Of a stretch of DNA of 64,000 nucleotides, positions 36,501-47,700 are shown in pieces. The notes under the pieces were generated by a model. The model made no database searches. It was given only the letters and a program-made list of their open reading frames with translations, and was not told the DNA's origin. Within the stretch, counting starts at the first letter, position 1. Each line of letters begins with the position of its first letter. A program made the position numbers and the translations under genes. The DNA is from Felis catus (taxonomy: Eukaryota), in assembly GCF_018350175.1 (NCBI RefSeq), contig NC_058370.1:26040001-26104000 (forward strand). The letters are read 5' to 3'.

Positions 36501-36965
36501 ACTGAAAATGGCAGCAAGTCTCCTTCTGAACTCACTTCTTCTGGCACAGAATTTTTAAAAAGGAGGGAAAAATGATGACAATTTCAGGTTATTTCATAGA
36601 TTCAGACTGTGTCCACTGCCTTTGAAACATACTTTCAGGGGGGAAAAAAGTTATCTCCCCATGGTATCCAGCAAGCACTATCCAGCAGTACGTTTCTCAG
36701 GTGGAATCCGCCTGAAAAGACTTCAAGGCAGACGGGCCAAGCCTTGGACTTCTCAAAAAACCTCTCACAGTAACATGAGAATGTCTAACAGCAGGAAGCC
36801 GAGAAATGTAATGTCAAGAACAGAGAAAAAAGGAACAGGCTTAGAAATAAGCACATTTGAAAAAAACAGTGAAAGATTTGAAAAGATCAGTCCAAATTTA
36901 AGAGAGAAGAATTGGCCCCTTACCATTTGAACCTAAAAGAATATACCCAGGGCAAGACAAACTTC

Positions 36966-38664
36966 NNNNNNNNNNNNNNNNNNNNNNNNNNNNNNNNNNN
37001 NNNNNNNNNNNNNNNNNNNNNNNNNNNNNNNNNNNNNNNNNNNNNNNNNNNNNNNNNNNNNNNNNNNNNNNNNNNNNNNNNNNNNNNNNNNNNNNNNNNN
37101 NNNNNNNNNNNNNNNNNNNNNNNNNNNNNNNNNNNNNNNNNNNNNNNNNNNNNNNNNNNNNNNNNNNNNNNNNNNNNNNNNNNNNNNNNNNNNNNNNNNN
37201 NNNNNNNNNNNNNNNNNNNNNNNNNNNNNNNNNNNNNNNNNNNNNNNNNNNNNNNNNNNNNNNNNNNNNNNNNNNNNNNNNNNNNNNNNNNNNNNNNNNN
37301 NNNNNNNNNNNNNNNNNNNNNNNNNNNNNNNNNNNNNNNNNNNNNNAATTCTGCCAAACAAAGGAACTGAATAGGCTAGGGGTAAAGNNNNNNNNNNNNN
37401 NNNNNNNNNNNNNNNNNNNNNNNNNNNNNNNNNNNNNNNNNNNNNNNNNNNNNNNNNNNNNNNNNNNNNNNNNNNNNNNNNNNNNNNNNNNNNNNNNNNN
37501 NNNNNNNNNNNNNNNNNNNNNNNNNNNNNNNNNNNNNNNNNNNNNNGGAGGGCTGTGGACAGCAGGTACCAAGAACACCCAGCCTTGCAGAGCCCAAGGT
37601 AGCGACGGCCTTCACTGGTCACTCCCTTTGCCAGAGGTCCAGAAAGAACTTGCAGCGTGACCACCTGCCTGCTGAACTTACACTCTAAGCAGCAAACTTT
37701 AAGGAGCCAAAGAGGAGTCCCCAGTGGGCAAGGGGAGCAGAGAAGAGAAACATGTTCAATGTAAACTTAAAAGACAGTAAAATGGGACACGACCCCCATT
37801 CAAATCCCAGAGATGTGGGCAAGTCCCCAAAAGTAGTTGTTAGATTTAAAAACTGGACACACCTCATTTCCCAAAAAACATAATACATAGAAATTTCAGG
37901 GATAACTGGAAAAATCGTCAGAGAAATGTTCACTGAAATTGAAGCTCTACAACTCAAACATGTCAGGGCTGAAACACACCCTCTGTTCGTCCAGGCAACA
38001 ATGCCTCTTGCTTCTCAGGGCAGGGATACAACTGGTCGAGGACACCAAATGGCTTTACAGAGCAACTTTTTAAACTTTCCTTCTGGGCCAAGGTGTAGGC
38101 CTTTGCAGATTCAAACAGCCCTGCAAGGCCTGTGAACAGCAGATACCAAAGGTCCAGAGGTCTGGCCCTTCCTTCCCAGACACAATGTCAAACACGTAAA
38201 TCTGTCACGTTCCATTTTATATTTTGAAATATGGAAGCATATTTTAAATACTCTTAAGGCATTTATTTATTAAAACGTTCTCTGCCAAGATTTCACATTA
38301 GCTTAAAATTCAAATCAGTCTTTACATTTCTCTACTGAGGTCTCCACCTCAGTGCATTACATAAAAACACCTTCTCCAGCAATCAGTGTTACCAGCGTCC
38401 ACACGGGGAGCCCCATGGTCGGCCTCTCTGCTCCCTAGGTGAGCCAGCTAGGTGTTAATACTGCTCCGCTACAAGGTGAAAGCTCCTAACTCAAACTCAT
38501 TGGAANNNNNNNNNNNNNNNNNNNNNNNNNNNNNNNNNNNNNNNNNNNNNNNNNNNNNNNNNNNNNNNNNNNNNNNNNNNNNNNNNNNNNNNNNNNNNNN
38601 NNNNNNNNNNNNNNNNNNNNNNNNNNNNNNNNNNNNNNNNNNNNNNNNNNNNNNNNNNNNNNNN
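36966..38664 (-). other. MAPRE1: MAPRE1 canonical-length 3'UTR (about 1.7 kb); end probably inside gap 36966-37346
   Basis: Repeat-free, AU-rich sequence after exon 7. U/GU-rich sequence lies just downstream of the gap on the minus strand (36770-36965). Confidence 0.65.
38262..38271 (-). terminator. Overlapping AATAAATAAA candidate proximal poly(A) signal
   Basis: Plus-strand tttatttatt about 400 nt past the inferred stop. Confidence 0.4.
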
Positions 38665-38721
38665 NNNNNNNNNNNNNNNNNNNNNNNNNNNNNNNNNNNN
38701 NNNNNNNNNNNNNNNNNCTTC
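38665..38721 (-). CDS. MAPRE1: MAPRE1 exon 7 coding part (expected EGFVIP...EEY*); only the first 4 nt GAAG are visible
   Basis: Acceptor tttccccattttag|GAAG directly abuts N-gap 38506-38717. The stop position is inferred. Confidence 0.8.
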
Positions 38722-41700
38722 CTAAAATGGGGAAATGAGAGGGGAAAGCTATTACTCAGCACCAAGTGAACCATCAGTTTCTACTGTGGGGTCACTTTCC
38801 TCATACTGAAAGCCTCTCAAAGTCTACGGCTCTTCCTGTCTCTACCACACACTTGACATTTAATAGCACAAGGCCAGTGACCACTACTTTTCTTAGACAG
38901 TAGAAACAATCTCACAAAAGGCAAAAAAACTGAGCACAAATTTACTCTCAAAAGTTGATTTCTTGATTTGGGCGATGATTTCACACATCAAGTTGTACTT
39001 AAATGTGTACGGTTCGTTATATCAATTATACCTCAATAAGGTTGTTTTAAAAAAAAAGAAAATTTACCCTCAAAAATCCCTGAAGTCATGATGGAGTTCA
39101 ATGTAGCGCCATCTCCCGTCAATAAGCTGTCCCACAGCCTGCTTTTCCTTTCCGCATTCTTGTGATCACACTTAGGAACCACTCATGCAATTGCAGGTGC
39201 TGTGGGTTCACCCAAGACACTCACAATACCCACAAGAGCGGTAAGACTGACTCCACCTCAGTGGCCTGGGAAAACAGCAGATTCACGGCTCCCGCCTCAC
39301 ACCGGCTCCGGGCATTCTGGCATGTGACAATGGCTACACCACCATAAAAATCCGACTTCCCCTTCAACTACCATCTTTTTTTTTTTTTTAAACTAAATCT
39401 CTACAGCTGTATTTACCTAAGATATGACACCACTAAAATAATACCCAGACTAGCCCAAGGACCCCTATATCTTCGTCACCTCTGTTTTCATTAGCTGCCC
39501 AGAGCAAGCCCAGAATAAGGATTTATTGAACAAAGTATTTTTTTCATCATGTCTCGATCCCCCCCCAAATTCACTTGATATGTTTAGAGAACAGCGTTAA
39601 TGACAATACTAATATTACCTTATGTTTGTATACTGCTATACCATAAAACACTCAGACATACACTGCAGCTTGATCCTACAGACCTTGCTAGGTATGCAGA
39701 TTTACACAAAAGTAAAGCCAGTCAACAGTGAACATAGCAAGATAGCAAATCCTAAATCTAGGGAAAAGCAGTCTTCCATGATCAGCTAATGTGTCATGAT
39801 TAATATCAGCAGCTTCGGTTGTGTAATAATACACACGGATCCCAAGAAACTGGCCCATAAAGTACTGGGAGGAAATGGGAACCAAGCACAAAGATACAAT
39901 CTGACAGATGTGGGCAGGGAACATCAAAAAGGGGCCAGTACCTGGTTCCCAGGTCATGATAAAATGGAGCTAGCACCTCAGGCTGAGGGGTCCAAGCCGT
40001 AGGGGGTGGAGTGGGGATGGTGGCGTTATGAGCATTTTGTAGCACTCATCGCCTATCAGGGGCCATGAACTACAGAAGCAGGGCAAGCCAGCCACCTCCA
40101 TGTCCTTTTCCTGACTCAAAGGCTCACAGACCTCAAGGGAGAGGCAGAGGTTGAGCAGAGGTGTTCTCTAGCTGACTCTGAGGGGTCAAAGTCCAAGTCT
40201 TTTGATAACTGCTACGCTGGAACATACAAGCATCAGCACTGAGTCGGCTGACACCAACCAGATAAAATTTATTTTCTCTGGTGGCAAATGGCAAGAAAAC
40301 ATCCTCATGTCAACACGTACGTCTGTGGCGTAGAGAATGTCCACGATCCTCTGCAATACAGGGTTGTTTTCCCCCTCGTTCTCCTGGCAAATCAATTCAA
40401 TGTTCCTTAGCTTTCCAAAGTAGAAATCTCTCTCTTTCTCCAAGTCTTCAACAGTAAGTTTCAATACGTTGACCTGCATAAGACATTGAAAAGGGTGAGA
40501 TACTTGGCATTTATATACCAATAACATATCACACCACCTGCTAACCCAGAAGAAGAGGTGGCCTTCCATCAAACTCTTAACAGGGACAAACACCCACTTT
40601 AGTTTAATATCGGTTTTCTTCATCTCCAAAGAAATAATGTGGGCCTGTTCATGGCCATCTTGACTGTAACAACCCCAAGGAAAAGGCAGGCCACACCATG
40701 AAACATGAGGGAACTTCTCAGGGACTGAGAAAAGATCAAGGAGAAAAAACGATGGGATCCAGAGACAGATACAGAAGCAGAGTCCACAACCCAGCAAAGC
40801 AAGGTGCCCAACAATCATAAACTGTGTGCTTATCAGGGCACTGGTCAGTCAAATCCAAGTCTTTCTGCATGCGAAGGTCAATGGAAAGAGACAGTCTGGT
40901 CCAGAGAATCAGGATAGAAATGGTGAGCCAGAAGCGGAAGACTAAAGATGACTACTGCTTGTCAAACACAGCTACAAGTGACAGAGGCCTGGGCATGGAA
41001 AACTCAATGGTTCTTACCGGGCTGCCGTATGTTGGGGACGGGGGAAGCGATCCATGACTCAAAAGAAGAGGAGAGGATCCTGGCACCTGTCTCTCTCTCA
41101 AGAGAGTTTCAAAAGGGAGACAGGACACGGAAGCAAGGGGCAGACCCACCATGTTCCACAGCTAGCTCCACTGAGCATCCCGTCGGCTCACCATGCGTGC
41201 TGCAGAATCCTCCAGGCGCCCTGCTGAGGGGCTCTCATTCCCCCCAAAAGGCCCATGAAGAAATAAATTTCAGTGCTTAGGCCAGGTCTATCCAACCAAG
41301 AGCAATAAAAGTCAACAACTCTCAGGACCCTTTGCATATTTGAAGCACGATACATATCTTCATTCCAGTGTATTCAAATCTATGACATGTGAATTTGATT
41401 TAACTCTCACGACATGAAAATTAAAAGCCATACCACGCAGCACAAAATCCTCACAGGACACGCAGGCCGGGGCCACAGAGAAGGCCAAGCCAGGAAATCA
41501 AAGGTGCAGCTGCGGAGAACAATTGGGTAGCAGGGAATTCTGAGAGCCAGAAAGGCACTGCAGAAATCTAGTCCAACCTTCTGAACTGGCTGGAATCTGA
41601 AGCGAACCACTTCTTTAGCTTCCCCATGACCTCACAAAGCAGCCAGCTACAGTCAAAGGGATCAAGTCCTGTCCCAGGGTGGAAGAAAACTCCCCCTTCA

Positions 41701-44700
41701 GAAGCTGCCATCACGAAGCCTCCGGAGATGAGGAGCAGGTGACAAGAACCACCAGGACCATTCTGTCAATTACTTAATTTCAATGTTCATCATCAAAGGC
41801 CTGAACAGACCAACCCGAATCAAGGTTCTAAACAGTCTTTCACTCATCCTTTATCAACCACAGAAATCACTTTACTGCTGCTTGTTGCTTTCTTTAAACT
41901 ATCAGCCCCAAAGCAGAACATGCCAGGGGATAGAAGGGCAAGAACTGACCAACCCCACCAGTAGGAAGCTGCCTTAAATCCTCAGTTCCAAGATCCAAGA
42001 GCCAGGGAAGAGGCCTTCTAATCACATCAGTGACAGAGGATGAAAAGGAAGTCAAAATGGCTTCAAAAGGTATGCTATACTTTGGAGTCTACCACTCATG
42101 ATTCACTAGTGCCTCACCGACAAACCCACTCAAACCTCCTCAGGCCTACAAATCATCAAGGGCACCAGAACCCAGCCTTCTGGGCCCTACCTGTGGGGCC
42201 AACACAGCATTCCTCCAGGATATCACTCAATAACTATGTATCCACAAGAAACACACAGGAAATACTCAGTATACACTAATAAGTCACTGGCTTTCACTCC
42301 CCACTCCTCTAAATGCTTACTAATGAGGTTATTAAAACTCTGTGGCTAGTCATCAATGCCACTCTTAAACTTTCTCTTGTAGTAAAGTAATAGCCATAAT
42401 CTAGGAAACCCAAAGAGAATGCTTTGGACCTACACTGGCCACTATGGTAGCTGGGGGCCACAAGTAGTTATTTGGGCACTTGAAATGTGGCCAATGCAAT
42501 AGAGACCGGCCGTAAATATTAAATACACACTGGATTTCAAAGACCTAGTACAGTCTTCAAACATAAAATATCTCATTGATAATTATTTGTAATGATTACA
42601 TGTTAAAATGATAACACTTTGGATAGATTCGGTAATGGGTCATGAGAAGAAATTTCATGTGTTTCTCTTCACTTTTTTAAATATAGCTACTAGAATATTT
42701 TAAATTATAGATATGCCTCACATTTCTGGTTTGCATTCTCCTTCTTTCGAACAGTGCTGCTTTGGACTCAACCAAAAGTAAATTTCTCCAGGATGCCTTA
42801 AGAAGGTGCAATCACTGCAGCTCTCCTAAGGAAATGAACACCACGAGGAAATCTGTGAAGAATACACTGTTGTCCTCTTATCGTAAGAAGCGCATCTTGC
42901 TCTATTTCCCACATCAGTCACGTTCCCCCAGACCTCTACACCTTTATCAAGGGGTACAAATTCAAATACTTCCAAGGGCCAGACAGATCATGTCAATGAG
43001 CCAAGGGATCAGTGACAGAGTATCACAGGTAAGGACTCTGGCAACCTGGAGAGAATCTAAAAAATCGTTCACATTAAAAAAAAATTAAAATGGAAACCCC
43101 GTGCAAGCCAAAGTACTTCTGAGGCAGGCGTGAGGCAGCTGGCTCAAACCCCAGCGCAGGTCCCGTGACCTCCCCAGGCACACTGTCCTGGTCTGCGAGG
43201 CCTCACAGGACTAACACAAAAGTGCAAAAGTGAAACTGAAGCACTCGGGAGAGCAATGGCAAACCGCTCTCAAAACGTCAGCTATTTTTGTTTTTATCAT
43301 TAACATCTGTATACTTCACCGAGACAATCGGGCTCCTGTGAACTTTTAAGAAAGACAATTCAGAATCTATTTCACTCTATCAAGACCACAGACAACAGCC
43401 ATAATAATTACAATGGTCTCTTATCCACTGCCATTTTCCCCATTTATCCCAAACCCCACCCTAAGAACCTGACAGCACATCAGCTCATGTGGCCCGCTCA
43501 ACTACCATGAGCAAAATATTAGCCCCACCTCACACAACACACAGTCAGTTCAGAGAGGTTAACTGACCCCAAGAAGTTAAATGGCAGAGTCAGGAAAATC
43601 CCCAAATGTATAGAACCCAAAGCCTGTGCCCCATCACACAGGACACAAGCTGAGTGAGCCAAGAGCAGCAGTCGCACAGAAGCTGCTGTGTCTTCTCCTA
43701 CAGAGTACAAGATCAACCCTGTGCTGGCCACCCAGCTTTGGCCTCAGCAACACTGCTTTTCTCTGAGATTGCTTCCTGTGTACATCCTTGCCTGAAAACC
43801 AACAGTTTCGGGGAAGTCTTTTTCTCCAGGACCTCTGTACTTCACAGTGACCACGCCCAGTGGGCACTCAAGGCAGCCACACTAATGGGGACGGTGACCC
43901 AGTCACCTTGACATTCCCATGGCACCTAGGAGCACAGGACATGCAGAAATCGAAGACTGAAACAAAGCAAAACAAAACAAAATGAAATAAAACAAAACGA
44001 AATGAAACGAAACAAAAAACTGTGATCTCTTGGCAGGTTCTTACGTCCTGAACTCCAAGGAGCAGGGTTGGGGTCACGAGAGGTTCCAGGTCAAAGTGAG
44101 GTCATTGCCTCTAGGTTTTAAGACTTGGCTTTTAGGAAAGTGAAAGGATTCGATCTCAAACTCACAGGAATCACAGAGCATCCCTGACTTTAAAACTGGA
44201 ATTAATCAAGAGAATCATCCAAAAGCAATCCAACAAACAAAACTCTACGACTGGTGAGAAAACACGTAAAAGTCTAAACATTGTTCGGATCCACAGAGAC
44301 CTCTGACAAGTACCTTGAGAACATCTAACTAATCCTGAAGTATGCATTTCAAATCACTGCACTGATTAAGAACAAAAGAGCAACAGCAGGCTTTCCATAC
44401 CAGTTCCACCGTAACTTGGATCTCTAGTGACCCAGGATTTCAGCAGAGAGCCCGTGCAGTCTTCTTTTAATTACTATTTAGAAAGGAACTCTCCTTCATC
44501 TTTTGTCAGAGCCAAAATTCAAGAGACCCTCTCTGAATCCCACAGAACCCTAACAGTTCCAGAAACCTTCGACAGGGTTCTAGCGTAGGGGTGGGTTTCC
44601 AAAGACATCGGTCTCCGTCACACTAACAGATCTTAGAAACGCCTGACCCCTCTCTTCCACCTCCTCCTGTACACTCTCAGTCCCCACACAGCACCCAAAG

Positions 44701-47700
44701 TGCTCACATGCCACGAGGACTGCTTCAGCAGGGGGACGAGGCAGGTCTTTCTACAAGAGCACCGACAGCCCTCCCGTGGTCAGTGCTGCCAAGTGTCCGT
44801 CCCCCGAAGCGACTCCCGTCTTGGACAGAGGAGGTGCCTACCTGCTGCATCAATTCAGCTGCTTCGTCATCCCCGTTGCCCACACCAGGATTCTTTCGCA
44901 CCACACCTGGGCCAGCCTTAGGGGTTGCAGTAGTTCTGTGGGTCGCAATGGGCCTCTGTGGAGCTGAGAGAGGAGCAGAGCTTTTTTTAAGAGGAGAAAT
45001 TTCAAGACCAAAAGAACGGACGGGGCAAGAGGAGGCTGTGAACAACTGCCCTCCACAGCTGTGTAGTGAAGGGGCCCAACGTAGAGAGCCCAGCATGCAA
45101 GACAGCACTCCCACGTTTGCCCAAGGTGGTTTTTATCCTGGCAGCAGAGTCAAGTACCGACTTTAGCCACCATCTTTGGTGCTGGGAATGAGTCCCTCTG
45201 TGAGGTCTTTCTTCCACTGGGGTTAAGAGGACTATCACCTGAAAGAGACACAGTCATTCTGGCGCATACAGACGGTCCACCTTAACCTAGCTCCAACCAA
45301 ATCCACTAACAGGGACAACTCCAGGGAGCAAAGGCAAACTTCATGCCAGGAGTGAGCTCACAGCCCCAGCTGCTGTCAGGTGCCCAAGGTTCCCCATCTG
45401 GGAAGTCAGATGCCCTCTACCTTAGAACCTCAAGCTTCTTGGCTTGGGAAGGGGAGGGTGGTAGAGACTGCTGTTACCGCTAATTACCTCAAAACCTGCA
45501 CCTTGTTCACTTTTAGAAGGTGTTTAGGAGGGTTATGAGAGAAAAGCAGCACCCTGACTAGGATTTACAGACTTCTCTGTAAGTAGAGCCAAAAAAGGTA
45601 GTGAAGTCAAAACATGGAAAGAGCAGTCAAGTTAAAACAATCAAGGATGGGCCACCTTGAGGTATATTTATCACCCATGATTTTAATCATGTATTCAGCA
45701 ACTATTTTGTAAAGCTGCACATTATGCCAGGCTTAAAAATATCTGATCTTCCTGATACCCCAAACTATTCAGTAACCATAAGGCCTTTCACCCACAAGTA
45801 CAGGCATTCCTCTGGGTGATTTCTAGTCTGCGTTCATCCCCAAGATTGAATGTTTACTACAAGTCTCCACTTGCCTGTTACCAGCACCTGAAATACGAAA
45901 TGCACAGGGTTACCTACACAGATCCCCACTCTAAGAAGCTAACACCCAGTATTTGGAGAAATCAGAACCTTCATACACTCTGCTGATGGGAATGTAAAAC
46001 GCTGCAGCCACTTGGAAAATAGGTGGTTCTGCAAAAGGTCAAACAGAGTAACCACATGACCCAAGACTTCTGTTCCACAAGTATATACCTTTGGATATAT
46101 GCCAAGAGAAATGAAAACATAGGCCCACACAGAAACCTATATAGGAGTGTTCAGAGCAGCACTACTGATAACAGCTCAAGAGTGGAAGCAACCCAAATGA
46201 CCATCAAGTGGTGAACAGATACATGGTACGTGGTACGGCCATACAATGCAGTATAACTTAGCCATTAAAAACCACCAAGTACTGCCACGTGCTACAACGT
46301 GGATGAATCTGGGAAACATTATGCTAAGTGAAAGAAGCCAGACACAAAGACCACATACTCTATGATCCTCTTTATGTGAAATGTCCAGAATGGGTAAATC
46401 CACAGACAAAGCAGATCAGTGGTTGCCTGGCGTTGAGGGGAAGGGAAGAGCTAGGGGAAAACGGGAAGTGACCGCGACAGGGCACACACGAGGTTTCTTT
46501 TTGGGAGTAATAAAAATATTCTAAAATTGGATGTGGTGATAGTCGAACATATCTGTAGATATACTAAAAAGAACTCAATTGTCTATTTTAAATGGATGAA
46601 TTGTACGGCAAGTGAATCACATCTTAATAAAGCTGTATATCCATAAAGCTTTGAAAATTAAGAGTACTCAATGTCCCTCTCTATCTACCAGATGGATCAG
46701 CCTCTCTCTCAAGGTACTATGGGATCTTAACTAATATTCTTGCTACCTTCTGGAAAAGGAGGAGTTAGCATTTGTAGAACACCTGCCCTGTCCCAAAGCG
46801 TATGTGTGTTTCATAAATACACTACAGGTTTTGGGAAACCTACCAGGCCAAAACCTTCTAGAGAAGGTCTCTAAAAACTGCCTCCCAGATTCTGCTGGCA
46901 TCACAGCAAGCCAAAGCCACTCAGCAGCTCAAATTTTAGGGAGGACAGGGAAGCCTGAAGTAAGCACAGGAAGCTGGTCTGCAGACAGAACGATGATGCA
47001 GAGAGCCAAGCACAGTCCCTAAGAGACCTAGGAAACTCCTTCAGTTCCTAGGTATTCGCATCTGGCTGTAACCTCCCATCCTAGGGTCCTGTGAAATGTC
47101 CTCATGTTCAAACTAAAGCTCTCTTCTATGTGAGCTGACCTGAAGAATTTCTACCCCACACAAGTAAACAGTGTTGACAAAATTAAATTCATTGAATTCA
47201 TTCAGGCCTCAAGAATAACCCTCTGGGGCAAGTACTGAAATTCCCACTTTATACAGAAAGAAACTGTGGGGCAGAGATGAAGTGGCTTAAACAGGGCAAC
47301 AGTGACCCAAGAACAAACACAGGTCTGCCTTGTGCCACAACCCATGCTCATACCACATGGCTGGGAGTGAGCTGCTTAATCTCCCAAAGCCAACAGCTGC
47401 TCAAGAGATTCTGACTGAAGGCTGAATGAATGAATACTTGGAATACTATTATTTGGAAATGGTGTTTTTGTTTTGTTGTTTTACCTGCACTGCTAGAGCT
47501 GAGAGGTTTCTTCGGTTTGTTCAGAGCTGGANNNNNNNNNNNNNNNNNNNNNNNNNNNNNNNNNNNNNNNNNNNNNNNNNNNNNNNNNNNNNNNNNNNNN
47601 NNNNNNNNNNNNNNNNNNNNNNNNNNNNNNNNNNNNNNNNNNNNNNNNNNNNNNNNNNNNNNNNNNNNNNNNNNNNNNNNNNNNNNNNNNNNNNNNNNNN

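Noticed and set aside
36898-37664. Long X-containing ORFs across N-gaps
   Set aside because: Artefacts of stop-free N runs.
40186-40818. 210-aa ORF, the longest gap-free ORF in the track
   Set aside because: MAPRE1 exon 6 plus chance-open flanking intron; splice sites delimit the real 153 nt.
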